From positions 2,656,001-2,720,000 of the forward strand of contig OY760907.1 of the NCBI GenBank assembly GCA_963664195.1: a DNA stretch of 64,000 bases, read 5' to 3'. Under the pieces are notes generated by a model. The model did no database searches. It was not told the DNA's origin and worked only from the letters and a program-made list of their open reading frames with translations. Made by a program: the position numbers and the translations under genes. Origin of the DNA: an uncultured candidate division Zixibacteria bacterium (lineage in GTDB: Bacteria > Zixibacteria > MSB-5A5 > GN15 > FEB-12). Shown here piece by piece: positions 9,933 through 19,237 of the stretch. Position 1 is the first letter of the stretch; each line of letters opens with the position of its first letter.

Positions 9933-11021
9933 CTACTTGATATCCGCCGCGCCCTTAAAATCGTCCCACAGTTTCCGGAACTCCATCCATTCCATGAGCG
10001 CCTGGAGGCGATCTCCGACCGTTTCCTTGCGATACATCGACATCAGGGCTGACACGATCTCATCGCCGCCCGGTGCCCGGCCGAAGTGCGTACGGCAGGC
10101 ATCGGCAACCATGTCGAGGTTCTCTTTGGTAGCGATAGTGCGGAAGTCTCCCACGGTATGCACGCCTCGACTGCCCAGTAGCTTCAGAAGTGTATTGACC
10201 TGGAACTGAGAGCAGCGAACGTCAAACTCGGTCAGTACACCGGGCAGATTCTCGGTGTTGATAGGATCGGAGTCGTCGTAATTGGCCTGTACCTGGTAGT
10301 GGGATAGTTGCTCCTGCAGCAGGTTGAAGTGCTCATCAATGGCCGACAGCAGGTTGCTTATGATCTGGAACTGCTTCTTGACCTGCACAGAGGTTTGCTT
10401 GTTCGGTTTGTAGCCGAGCACGTGTTCAACTTCGGCCCAGGTATCCTCCGTCACGGTTCGAAGCTGCAATTCAAACCAGGGGCGGTCCTCTTCGGGAAGG
10501 ACAGACTTTTTCAGGCGAAGCACGTAATGAATCGAGGCGTAGCCGCTGGCCTTCTGGCGACGTTCCATGGTCAATCCGAGATTGTCGTAGATATCCTGGC
10601 CCAGATAAGCAAATGGCGGCTTTTCTTCAGATACTTCAAACAGCCCGCCTTCCTTGATCTCTTTGTCAACGAGAGGGAGGGAAGACAGAAAAAACACTAC
10701 TACACGAACGCCAAGGGCGTCATGCATGTGTTCGAAGTTTTCAGCCAGCGGGCCGTTGCCGTACTGGTTCGGTTTGGCGAAAATCTTGTGCAGTACGGCC
10801 TCCGGGTTTTTGATCCGGGTGCTTATGCGATGGACCGGTGATGGCAACGGGGCAGATTTCCCTCTCGCATACTTGCTCCAGTAGGTCGGCGTCTGCCATT
10901 GTCTGAAAATCCCCTTAAGCTCCTTCTGAGTTGGCTCAAGGCTGTCAAGGGCGTACCTGGTGTACCCGATCAGGAAATCTCTGAGTTCCGTCGATTTCAT
11001 ATATGGTGCTGTCGTACTCAC
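9933..11021 (-). CDS. RelA/SpoT synthetase-domain protein (small alarmone synthetase-like)
   Basis: RIKNPEAVLHK, DALGVRVV, SGYASIHY, FELQLRT...WAEVEHVLGYK. No HD hydrolase, TGS or ACT domain. Confidence 0.85.
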   Translation of the reverse strand: MSTTAPYMKSTELRDFLIGYTRYALDSLEPTQKELKGIFRQWQTPTYWSKYARGKSAPLPSPVHRISTRIKNPEAVLHKIFAKPNQYGNGPLAENFEHMHDALGVRVVVFFLSSLPLVDKEIKEGGLFEVSEEKPPFAYLGQDIYDNLGLTMERRQKASGYASIHYVLRLKKSVLPEEDRPWFELQLRTVTEDTWAEVEHVLGYKPNKQTSVQVKKQFQIISNLLSAIDEHFNLLQEQLSHYQVQANYDDSDPINTENLPGVLTEFDVRCSQFQVNTLLKLLGSRGVHTVGDFRTIATKENLDMVADACRTHFGRAPGGDEIVSALMSMYRKETVGDRLQALMEWMEFRKLWDDFKGAADIK

Positions 11022-11109
11022 TACTACTTGTTACCGGTTGAGGCCAAATGGGTTCCGTGTCAGCCAAGAATTCCGAGAAACGCTGCCAACTTCTCGGCAG
11101 GCGACGCTT

Positions 11110-11646
11110 CTACTTGAATTCCTCCCGTACCATGCTGAACAGAAACACGTCGTGGTATCGATTCTGCTGAAACGATGCCTTCCGGAGACGACCCTCCAAC
11201 GTGAACCCCAGTTTCTCAAGCACTCGCTGCGACGGTTTGTTCTCAAGTCGAGTATGGGCGTACACTCGCTTGAGCTTCAGTTCCTGGAATGCGAACTTCA
11301 GACAAAGGCGGCAGGCCTCGGGCATGATACCGTTGCCCCAGTGAGGTTTGGCAAGCCAGTAGCCTATCTCACCGTTTCTGTCGCGGGCATTCAAATGCAT
11401 CAATCCGATCATGCCGATGATTTTGCCCGTTTCCGGATGCTCAAGGCCGAAGTTACGGTTCGAATGGCCTCGCCACCACTTCTGGTCCAGTCTGATGAAG
11501 TCGTACGCATCCTGGAGGCCGTACGGATATGGAATGTACATGTATCGACTGATCAGACGGTCTTTGGCCCAACGAGCAATATCTTCAGCGTCCTTTTTCG
11601 TTACTCGCCGAAGATTGACTTGTTTGCCTTCATACCGGGTAATCAT
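11110..11646 (-). CDS. GNAT acetyltransferase, RimJ/RimL family
   Basis: GEIGYWLAKPHWGNGIMPEA, ENKPSQRVLEKLGFTLEG. Confidence 0.88.
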   Translation of the reverse strand: MITRYEGKQVNLRRVTKKDAEDIARWAKDRLISRYMYIPYPYGLQDAYDFIRLDQKWWRGHSNRNFGLEHPETGKIIGMIGLMHLNARDRNGEIGYWLAKPHWGNGIMPEACRLCLKFAFQELKLKRVYAHTRLENKPSQRVLEKLGFTLEGRLRKASFQQNRYHDVFLFSMVREEFK

Positions 11647-11682
11647 AGTAGCCTGTTTTTACGAAACAATATGAGAAGCGTT

Positions 11683-12570
11683 TCAGAAGTTTTTCTGTGC
11701 GGTCACCTTGCATATAATGATCTCAACATGTACGCGACACTTCCTGGCCGCCTCAGCCACCAATCCCTTCGTCCCCAGCTGGCGTCGCCCCGTCTCAACG
11801 TATTCACCGGCCTCGAATCCGACTGACTTCAGCAGTTTCTGATAGCTGACGCCAAAGGCCGGGTAGTTCGACTTAATCTTCTCGCGCGTATCTCGGGGAA
11901 ACTTGCGGAACACGCTCGGATCAGGGCGCGCATCGAGCATCAACAGCCAGCCGCCAGGTTTCAGGACCCGGTGCGCTTCCTGCAGCGCAGGATCGTTGGC
12001 CGCAGTATTGGAGTAGCCGCCAAAAGTCATTACGGCGCTTACCGAATCATCTCTGAGGGGCAGCGACGCAGGATTCATCTGTGCAAAACTGACGTTCCCC
12101 CACTTGTGCTCGTCTGCAAATCGGCGCCATTCACGCAGTACCCATCTTCCCTGATCAGTCATTAATAGACAGGCGTCCGGATACTTCCTGAGCGCCATCG
12201 GGGCGAATCCGCCGCCGTGTCCGCAGGAGACTTCGAGTATGCAGCCGCCCTGACCGGCGACTTTGTCTATCTCCTGGTCGAACTGCTTGAGATGCAAGGG
12301 ATTGTTCATCACGTTGTCGTAGTTGGTCTGAATCAGCTCAGATGGAGTGCGGCCAATTCGCTTGAAGTACGCCTCGACTTTTTCATCGCCGCCCCACGGA
12401 TCGTTTTCGGCTCCGGCGAACAGCGGGATCCCGGCCTCAACCTCGATTGTCTTGTCGTCAGCACCAGAGGTCAGTCTCCCGGCAGTCCAGCGGTCGCTTT
12501 CGGTGTCGCCCTCGTACGCAAATGGTTTGCCGTCTGGCGATACCAGTATATCCTGAAAATCTTTGTGCAT
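11683..12570 (-). CDS. Class I SAM-dependent methyltransferase with a Trm112-like N-terminus
   Basis: ILEVSCGHGG, LPLRDDSVSAV, EAHRVLKPGGWL. Start reassigned to MHKD at 12570 (AAGGGA RBS). Confidence 0.75.
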   Translation of the reverse strand: MHKDFQDILVSPDGKPFAYEGDTESDRWTAGRLTSGADDKTIEVEAGIPLFAGAENDPWGGDEKVEAYFKRIGRTPSELIQTNYDNVMNNPLHLKQFDQEIDKVAGQGGCILEVSCGHGGGFAPMALRKYPDACLLMTDQGRWVLREWRRFADEHKWGNVSFAQMNPASLPLRDDSVSAVMTFGGYSNTAANDPALQEAHRVLKPGGWLLMLDARPDPSVFRKFPRDTREKIKSNYPAFGVSYQKLLKSVGFEAGEYVETGRRQLGTKGLVAEAARKCRVHVEIIICKVTAQKNF

Positions 12571-12689
12571 GTTATCCCTTGCTGAGCTTGCGGGGGAGGG
12601 GCCGCTTTGGCACTCCCTGCGCCGCCTTCTGTCTGTCTTGTCATGTAGTATAGTCTGAGGCCACGTGTCCCACAAGTGCAAACAGGGGT

Positions 12690-12718
12690 TTGACTAACCT
12701 CGATCCGCTACCTATATT
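12690..12718 (+). promoter_or_regulatory. sigma70-type promoter for hutU
   Basis: TTGACT-17 bp-TATATT. Confidence 0.6.
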
Positions 12719-12752
12719 CCCGCAGATTTGCTGAAATGAAGAGGAGATGATT

Positions 12753-14411
12753 ATGCCACCAAAAATCATAAAAGCCAAGCACGGCCTTAAACTGTCATGC
12801 AAGGGATGGCATCAGGAAGCCGCCCTCAGAATGCTCAATAACAACCTCGATGCGGAAGTTGCCGAAAAACCGAAAGAACTCATTATATATGGTGGTTCCG
12901 GCAAGGCGGCCCGCAACTGGGATTGCTACGACGCTATCGTGAAGTCTCTCAAATCGCTCGAGAACGACGAGACGCTGCTGGTCCAGTCCGGAAAGCCGGT
13001 CGGGATTTTCCGTACTCATGATTATGCTCCTCGCGTCCTCATAGCCAACTCCCATCTCGTGCCAAAATGGTCCAACTGGGACCGCTTCCGCGAGTTCGAA
13101 GACCTCGGTCTTATCATGTTCGGCCAGATGACCGCCGGAAGTTGGATTTATATCGGCTCGCAGGGAATCATCCAGGGGACGTACGAAACGTTTGCCGCTA
13201 TCGCCGACAAGCATTTTGGCGGCGACCTTACCGGAAAGTGGATCCTCACCGGCGGTATGGGCGGTATGGGCGGCGCCCAGCCTCTCGCCGGGACGATGGC
13301 CGGTGCCTCGATTCTGACGGTCGAAGTCGACGAAGCCCGTATCAACCGTCGGGTGAAGATCGGCTTCTGCGATGTCAAAGTGAAGTCGCTGGATAGAGCG
13401 ATGCAGTTGATTGAAAAACACAAGAAGTCCGGTGTGCCGATCTCTATCGGTCTGGTCGGCAATGCGGCCGACATCTTTCCGGAAATCTACCGTCGCGGCA
13501 TTTGCCCGGATATTGTCACCGATCAGACTTCTGCCCATGACGAACTCAACGGTTACGTGCCGACCGGCCTGAACATGACCCAGGCTAAAGCGCTCCGCAA
13601 GAAAGATCCGAAGGGATATATCAGGCGTTCCTACAAGTCCATGGTCAAGCATTGCGAAGCCATGATCAACCTGCAGAAGGCTGGCGCGATTACGTTTGAC
13701 TACGGTAACAACCTTCGCGGTCAGGCCGAGGCTGGCGGTCTCAAGAACGCCTTTGCATTCCCCGGATTCGTCCCCGCGTACGTCCGCCCGTTGTTCTGCG
13801 AAGGGCGTGGTCCGTTCCGCTGGGCTGCGCTGTCCGGTAACCCGAAGGATATCGCCGTGACCGACAAGATCGTCCTGGACCGTTTCAAGGACAATCAGTC
13901 GCTGGTGCGCTGGATCAACAAAGCGCGGGAGCGGATTCCCTTCCAGGGCCTGCCGTCACGTGTCTGCTGGCTTGGCTACGGTGAACGTGCCGAGTTTGCT
14001 GACATTATGAACAACTATATTAAGAAGGGTAAGATCTCCGGCCCGGTTGTTATCGGCCGTGACCATCTTGATTGCGGTTCTGTCGCCTCACCGTACCGCG
14101 AAACCGAAGGGATGCTCGACGGTTCCGACGCTATCGCCGACTGGCCGCTGCTGAACGGCCTGCTGAACGCGGTTTCCGGAGCAAGCTGGGTCTCTATCCA
14201 CAACGGCGGCGGCGTAGGAATCGGTCTGGCGACACACGCCGGCATGGTGATTGTGGCTGACGGTTCCAAGGAAATGGGCAAGCGGCTTAACCGGGTTCTG
14301 ACAAATGATCCCGGTACGGGTATCATGCGTCACGTCGATGCCGGGTATCCCGATGCTAAAACGTTCGCGCGGAAGCACGGCGTCAAGATTCCGATGATGA
14401 AGAAACGCTAG
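12753..14411 (+). CDS. hutU: Urocanate hydratase
   Basis: [63 protein letters not shown]. Start is 12753 by RBS spacing, or 12747. Confidence 0.97.
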   Translation: MPPKIIKAKHGLKLSCKGWHQEAALRMLNNNLDAEVAEKPKELIIYGGSGKAARNWDCYDAIVKSLKSLENDETLLVQSGKPVGIFRTHDYAPRVLIANSHLVPKWSNWDRFREFEDLGLIMFGQMTAGSWIYIGSQGIIQGTYETFAAIADKHFGGDLTGKWILTGGMGGMGGAQPLAGTMAGASILTVEVDEARINRRVKIGFCDVKVKSLDRAMQLIEKHKKSGVPISIGLVGNAADIFPEIYRRGICPDIVTDQTSAHDELNGYVPTGLNMTQAKALRKKDPKGYIRRSYKSMVKHCEAMINLQKAGAITFDYGNNLRGQAEAGGLKNAFAFPGFVPAYVRPLFCEGRGPFRWAALSGNPKDIAVTDKIVLDRFKDNQSLVRWINKARERIPFQGLPSRVCWLGYGERAEFADIMNNYIKKGKISGPVVIGRDHLDCGSVASPYRETEGMLDGSDAIADWPLLNGLLNAVSGASWVSIHNGGGVGIGLATHAGMVIVADGSKEMGKRLNRVLTNDPGTGIMRHVDAGYPDAKTFARKHGVKIPMMKKR

Positions 14412-14571
14412 GCCACTCCCGGGAGAAGCCTGAAACGATAAATGCATGTTGAATCCGAGCCGGATCGGTCGCGCACCGGTCCGGCATTTGTCTCTTGTGA
14501 CGGAGTCGGTCACAGTCGGCCCAGACGGAGATTGTGATTGACCACCGATTGACGAAGAGTATATTTGCATT

Positions 14572-15840
14572 ATGCCACGTGAAAAGAAAGCTACAGTTCT
14601 AGTAAAGAATATAGGCCACCTGGTGACCATGGCCGGTCCTGCTCCGAGGTTGGGCAAGGCCATGAACGATCTCGGTCTGATTGAAAACGGTGCGGTGGCA
14701 ATTGCCGGCGAGGAAATCCTCGCAGTGGGCGACTCCACAGATTTAGAGGGGAGAGTCCCCTTGGCCGAGGCCTGTCAGGTGATCGACGCCGCCGGCGCTG
14801 TTGTCACGCCGGGGCTGATCGACCCGCACACCCATCCGGTATTCGCCCGCACCCGCGAAAAGGAGTTCGAGATGCGGGCGCAGGGCAAGACCTACATGGA
14901 GATCGCCAACGCCGGTGGCGGCATTAGATCATCGGTGCGGGACCTGCGCGAATCGTCGGCGTTGCACCTTCGCCAGAACATGACCAAACGGCTCGATGCC
15001 CTGATGGCCCACGGTGTGACCACAATCGAGGCCAAGTCCGGCTACGGATTGTCACTGGAATCTGAGATCAAGTCTCTCGAAGTAATTCGCGACGTCAATG
15101 ACGTTCATCCGATGGATGTCGTCGCCACCTTCCTCGGAGCCCATGAGGTCCCGGACGAATACCGTGACAAGCGCGGGGACTACATCAATCTGGTCATCAA
15201 CGAAATGATCCCGGCAGTTGCCAAAGGTAAACTCGCCGAGTTTTGTGACATCTTCTGTGAAGAGGGCGTGTTCACCGTGGAGGATTCCAGACGCATCATG
15301 CAGGCGGCCAAAGATGTTGGGTTGAAGCTCAAGTTCCACGCCGATGAACTGGCCTCAACCGGAGGTGCTGAACTGGCCGCGGAGCTGGGCGCGGTGTCGG
15401 CCGACCATCTCGGCTACATCTCGGACAAAGGTATTAAGGATATGGCCAGATCCGGCACCGTAGCCGTGCTGTTGCCGGGTACAACCTTCTCGCTCATGGG
15501 CAAGCAATATGCTCCCGCACGGAAGATGATCGAAAAGGGAGTTGCGGTTGCGCTCTCGACCGACTGTAATCCTGGCTCAAGTTTCACCGAGTCGCTGGCT
15601 ATGATCGTCACTCTGGCCGTACTCCAGATGAAAATGACTGCCGCCGAGGCGATTTCTGCAGTAACGGTCAACGCTGCTGCGGCCATTGACCGCGCTGGAC
15701 AAATCGGGCAGCTTGAGGTTGGCAAACAGGCCGATCTTGCTCTCTGGGATATGGCGGACTATCGGGAATTGCCTTACCACTACGGTGTGAACCTTGTTTC
15801 CAAGGTCATAAAACGCGGCAAGGTGATGGGCAATCATTGA
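14572..15840 (+). CDS. hutI: Imidazolonepropionase
   Basis: PGLIDPHTH, YMEIANAGGGI, TIEAKSGYGL, FCEEGVF, HADEL, STDCNPGS. Confidence 0.95.
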   Translation: MPREKKATVLVKNIGHLVTMAGPAPRLGKAMNDLGLIENGAVAIAGEEILAVGDSTDLEGRVPLAEACQVIDAAGAVVTPGLIDPHTHPVFARTREKEFEMRAQGKTYMEIANAGGGIRSSVRDLRESSALHLRQNMTKRLDALMAHGVTTIEAKSGYGLSLESEIKSLEVIRDVNDVHPMDVVATFLGAHEVPDEYRDKRGDYINLVINEMIPAVAKGKLAEFCDIFCEEGVFTVEDSRRIMQAAKDVGLKLKFHADELASTGGAELAAELGAVSADHLGYISDKGIKDMARSGTVAVLLPGTTFSLMGKQYAPARKMIEKGVAVALSTDCNPGSSFTESLAMIVTLAVLQMKMTAAEAISAVTVNAAAAIDRAGQIGQLEVGKQADLALWDMADYRELPYHYGVNLVSKVIKRGKVMGNH

Positions 15841-15888
15841 TTGCGTTGGAACGGAGCCTCGGTCCGTGCGTTTAAGAGAACAGGGCAG

Positions 15889-16383
15889 ATGATACGCAAT
15901 TCAGTACTTTTCTCGCTTCTGATTGTCTTTGGACTCAGCCTCACCGGCTGTGGTGTCTATACGTTCAATCCGCGGGGTCAATCGGACTACAATTCGATTG
16001 CAATTGAACCGTTTGAGAACAAGACTTCAGAGTACGGTCTGGCCGAACGGATCACTGAGACTGTCGTGGATGCCTTCATCGCTGACGGGAGTGTCAAGAT
16101 TGTTCCGGTTGAAGGAGCCGATGCGATTCTGACGGGGGTCCTCACGGGCTACAGTCGCGCATTTGAGAAGTATAACGAGAGCGATCAAGTTGAAGAGTAT
16201 AAGATTGTGATGGAGTTTGAGATAACCCTCAAAAACCCCGACGATCAGACCGATATCTGGAGTGAGCGGATGGTGCAGGAAGGCGTGTACAATGCTGCCG
16301 ACGAGGCCGAGGAAGACGGCCAGCGAAGAGCAAGCGAGCGCCTTGTGGATGCCGTTCTGAACAAGACTACGAAATCATGGTGA
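15889..16383 (+). CDS. LptE-family lipoprotein
   Basis: Lipobox LTGC followed by GVYTF; SIAIEPFENKT...GADAILTG.L..Y pattern typical of Bacteroidota-type LptE. Confidence 0.7.
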   Translation: MIRNSVLFSLLIVFGLSLTGCGVYTFNPRGQSDYNSIAIEPFENKTSEYGLAERITETVVDAFIADGSVKIVPVEGADAILTGVLTGYSRAFEKYNESDQVEEYKIVMEFEITLKNPDDQTDIWSERMVQEGVYNAADEAEEDGQRRASERLVDAVLNKTTKSW

Positions 16384-16450
16384 GACCTAAAAACTGACTG
16401 CTGGTATCGGTTGGCCCGATCCGGCAGCACACAGCCTGGAACTCTTGTGT

Positions 16451-17407
16451 ATGATTAAGCAGCGAATTTTGCGGACGGTCACGCTGGCAGCCTTCTGTCT
16501 CTGCACGGCAGCTATTCCGGCTATTGCCGGGGATATCAATGCCAACGCCGGCACAAGCGCGTTTTCATTTCTGAAGATCAACATCGGCGCTCGTCCGGTG
16601 GCGATGGGGGGGGCTTTCACAGGTGTGGCCGACGATGAATCCTCGTTATATTACAACCCTGCCGGGATCACTTCGTTTGATCAGTCCCGGTATATTCTTG
16701 GCTATCACAATTACTTTGACGATCTCCAGTCGGGCTTTGTGGGCTACGTCAAGCCTCTCGATGATCAGAAGACGCTGGCGTTTTATGCCAGCTATCTTAA
16801 CTACGGAGATTTCCCCGAAACCGATATGCTCGGCAATGTCACCGGCACTTTTGGCGGCGGCGACATGCTTCTTGCCGCTACCTTCGCGATAAGACAGACC
16901 CATCAGTTCAGTGTTGGCATTACCGGGAAGTTCATTCACGAGAAAATACAGGACTACTCTGCGAGTGGAGTGGCCTTTGACCTCGGTGTCAAATACACCT
17001 CGGATAGAGGCAGGTTTACCGGCGGGTTGATGCTCCAGAATTTTGGCACACAGTTGTCAACCTTTGCCGCCGAAGAAAAAGATGGTCTTCCGACCGTGCT
17101 CCGCGGAGGCGTGTCTGTCCGCCCGAGGCACCTTCCGTTTGTGTTTGCCGGCGATGTCATCATGCCGTTTGACAATGACCTCGACATTGCGCTCGGCGCC
17201 GAGTACCGCGAACTGCAATACCTGTTCCTCAGGGTCGGATGGAACAGTTTCGGCTCTAACTACAAAACCGCCGATTCCGACGCCGGACTGGCCGGACTCG
17301 CTATGGGGATCGGGATCAAGCTGAAATCGATGGAAGCGTCATATGCCTTTGCACCGGGGGCTGATCTCGGAGACAGTCACAGAATCACTCTGACGGGAGG
17401 AATCTAA
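16451..17407 (+). CDS. PorV/PorQ-family (UPF0164-like) outer-membrane beta-barrel
   Basis: Signal peptide; AFSFLKINIGARPVAMGGAFTGVADD...YYNPAG; LP..LRGG; C-terminal LGDSHRITL. Confidence 0.85.
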   Translation: MIKQRILRTVTLAAFCLCTAAIPAIAGDINANAGTSAFSFLKINIGARPVAMGGAFTGVADDESSLYYNPAGITSFDQSRYILGYHNYFDDLQSGFVGYVKPLDDQKTLAFYASYLNYGDFPETDMLGNVTGTFGGGDMLLAATFAIRQTHQFSVGITGKFIHEKIQDYSASGVAFDLGVKYTSDRGRFTGGLMLQNFGTQLSTFAAEEKDGLPTVLRGGVSVRPRHLPFVFAGDVIMPFDNDLDIALGAEYRELQYLFLRVGWNSFGSNYKTADSDAGLAGLAMGIGIKLKSMEASYAFAPGADLGDSHRITLTGGI

Positions 17408-17410
17408 GAT

Positions 17411-17881
17411 ATGGAAATCAGGTTTCGCTACTTGCTTTTTGTCGTTTTGCTGGTTGCCGCAGCCACGTTGCTGGGGGCCTGTGGCAGCGATACCGCCGGG
17501 GACGATCCCAAGAAGACGGTGATTTCTTTGTTTGGCGCCATGGAGAAAGACGACAAGGCCGCTCTGGCCCATATTCTGGATCTGGCCGAACTCATGAAGA
17601 GCACTGACTCGGACTACTCTACTCAGACCGATAACCCGCGTACGTTCACCAGTCCGCAGCAGATTCTCGACGATCTGACCGGCGACGGCAAGACCAAAAC
17701 AAACTGGTTCCGTCTGCAGCGAATCGTCAACAAGGCTCAGATCATGGGGGAAACGGCGACCGTCGAAGTGACCTTTGTGGATAAGGCGGCCTCGAAAGGG
17801 TACCGTACGAAATTCGGCCTGCACCTGAAACAGGGCAAGTGGCGGATTTACTCGTTCAAAACAGAGATCCAGGGCGAATAG
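17411..17881 (+). CDS. Lipoprotein, NTF2-like/DUF4878-like
   Basis: Lipobox LGAC; DPKKTVISLF..M, GETATVEVTF, LHLKQGKWRI. Confidence 0.65.
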   Translation: MEIRFRYLLFVVLLVAAATLLGACGSDTAGDDPKKTVISLFGAMEKDDKAALAHILDLAELMKSTDSDYSTQTDNPRTFTSPQQILDDLTGDGKTKTNWFRLQRIVNKAQIMGETATVEVTFVDKAASKGYRTKFGLHLKQGKWRIYSFKTEIQGE

Positions 17882-17894
17882 CCCCGGATCTGTC

Positions 17895-18860
17895 TCATTT
17901 CGCTTTTTCGCTATCTCCGAGGAGTCGGATGAAGGCGACAAGAACTTCGCAGTCGAATTTGCCCTTCAAGTTTTTCATCTCGGCCAGGACATCAAACGGT
18001 CTGCGGGTCATGCCGCCGAGGTTGTCGTGGACGGCCTCATCATAGTGATCGCATATGGCGACGATTCTGCCCATCAAGCCGATTTCGGCATCCTTCAGAC
18101 TCTGGGGAAAACCGGAACCATCGAGTCGCTCCTGGTGCTCCACTACCGGTCGAAGCGCTCCCCTTGGAACGATGTTGGTGTTTTCAAGCATGTCTCTTCC
18201 CACCAGCGGATATTTGGCCAGGCGAGGATTGTCGCTGATCTGTCGAAGGGCGGGCTGGTAGTAATAGTCTCGCTCGATAATCGTCTTGCCGATTTCGTGT
18301 AACAGAGCGCCGGTGCCCAGTTCATGTAACTCAGTCGGATCGGTCAACTTGCACTTGAGACCGAGCAGCATCGAGAGATTCCCGACGCTGATCGCATGAG
18401 CTATCGGAAACGGCGCCTGGGGGCGGCAGCCGGCCATGCCGTTCTGAGCTTCTCTGCCTTTCACGGCCAGCGTGACATGGTTTTCGCACTGCTCAACGAC
18501 TCCCCTGATTTCTGTTGGCGACATCGGATTCGAAAGCACGCGCCCGAGGATGTTAACCGAGGTCGCTGATAGCATCTTCAACTTGTTCTCTATCGGGATG
18601 GTCTCGTCTTCCAGCAGCCGGGGCAGATTCTTACGCAGATGATCGAACATCGCGTTCTGTTGCGTGTCCGGGATATACAGAAAGTCGTTTCCGTGTTCCA
18701 GTAGATAGTCGAGATCTTCCTTGGAAAACGGATAGTTCCGGTCCCGGTACAGCTTCAGCGTTCCGCCGCTGTCCTGATACAAGTCGAATTCAAGCAAGCT
18801 GTCCACCGTGATTGTCTCAGAGCGAATCGGCGTGTAATCAGCAAACTCTTTGGGCTTCAA
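17895..18860 (-). CDS. HD-GYP-domain protein with a degenerate active site
   Basis: LLHEIGK, HQERLDGSGFP, GRIVAICDHYD, GKFD. TTG start with a GAGG RBS. Confidence 0.8.
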   Translation of the reverse strand: MKPKEFADYTPIRSETITVDSLLEFDLYQDSGGTLKLYRDRNYPFSKEDLDYLLEHGNDFLYIPDTQQNAMFDHLRKNLPRLLEDETIPIENKLKMLSATSVNILGRVLSNPMSPTEIRGVVEQCENHVTLAVKGREAQNGMAGCRPQAPFPIAHAISVGNLSMLLGLKCKLTDPTELHELGTGALLHEIGKTIIERDYYYQPALRQISDNPRLAKYPLVGRDMLENTNIVPRGALRPVVEHQERLDGSGFPQSLKDAEIGLMGRIVAICDHYDEAVHDNLGGMTRRPFDVLAEMKNLKGKFDCEVLVAFIRLLGDSEKAK

Positions 18861-19237
18861 GTATCCTCGCTTCTCCCCACCCCTGCGGATTAGTCGAAAG
18901 CCAGCGTCCAGTCATGTTGTAATGTGTGTAATTGCGGTACGTGGCAGTGCTTCTATGTACATGGTTGTCGGAGTCTATCTCGAAAACTTCACCGGCTTCG
19001 CGAAACCGTGGGGTGATTGGACCATTTATGCACAGCCTCTTCTACTGCGACTCAACCTCCCCGTTCAGCGTTGCTCGAAAGCCTCTGAGCGAGCACCCGT
19101 GCCCCTCGTTGACGGCTATTGACTTCACTGTTGGAAACCTGTACTTTTCACCGTGGAATGATCCCTTTGACTCGGCTCTCAATATTCGGTGATTTCTACC
19201 GATAAATGTATAGATTGCAGGAGGTTAAGACACACTA

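Noticed and set aside
10960..11826. 288-aa plus-strand ORF over the GNAT gene
   Set aside because: Overlaps three minus-strand genes with clear motifs; no domain signal.
18861..19237. Long intergenic region before aspS as a T-box or ncRNA
   Set aside because: No T-box consensus or terminator/antiterminator pair seen; consistent with two divergent promoters.
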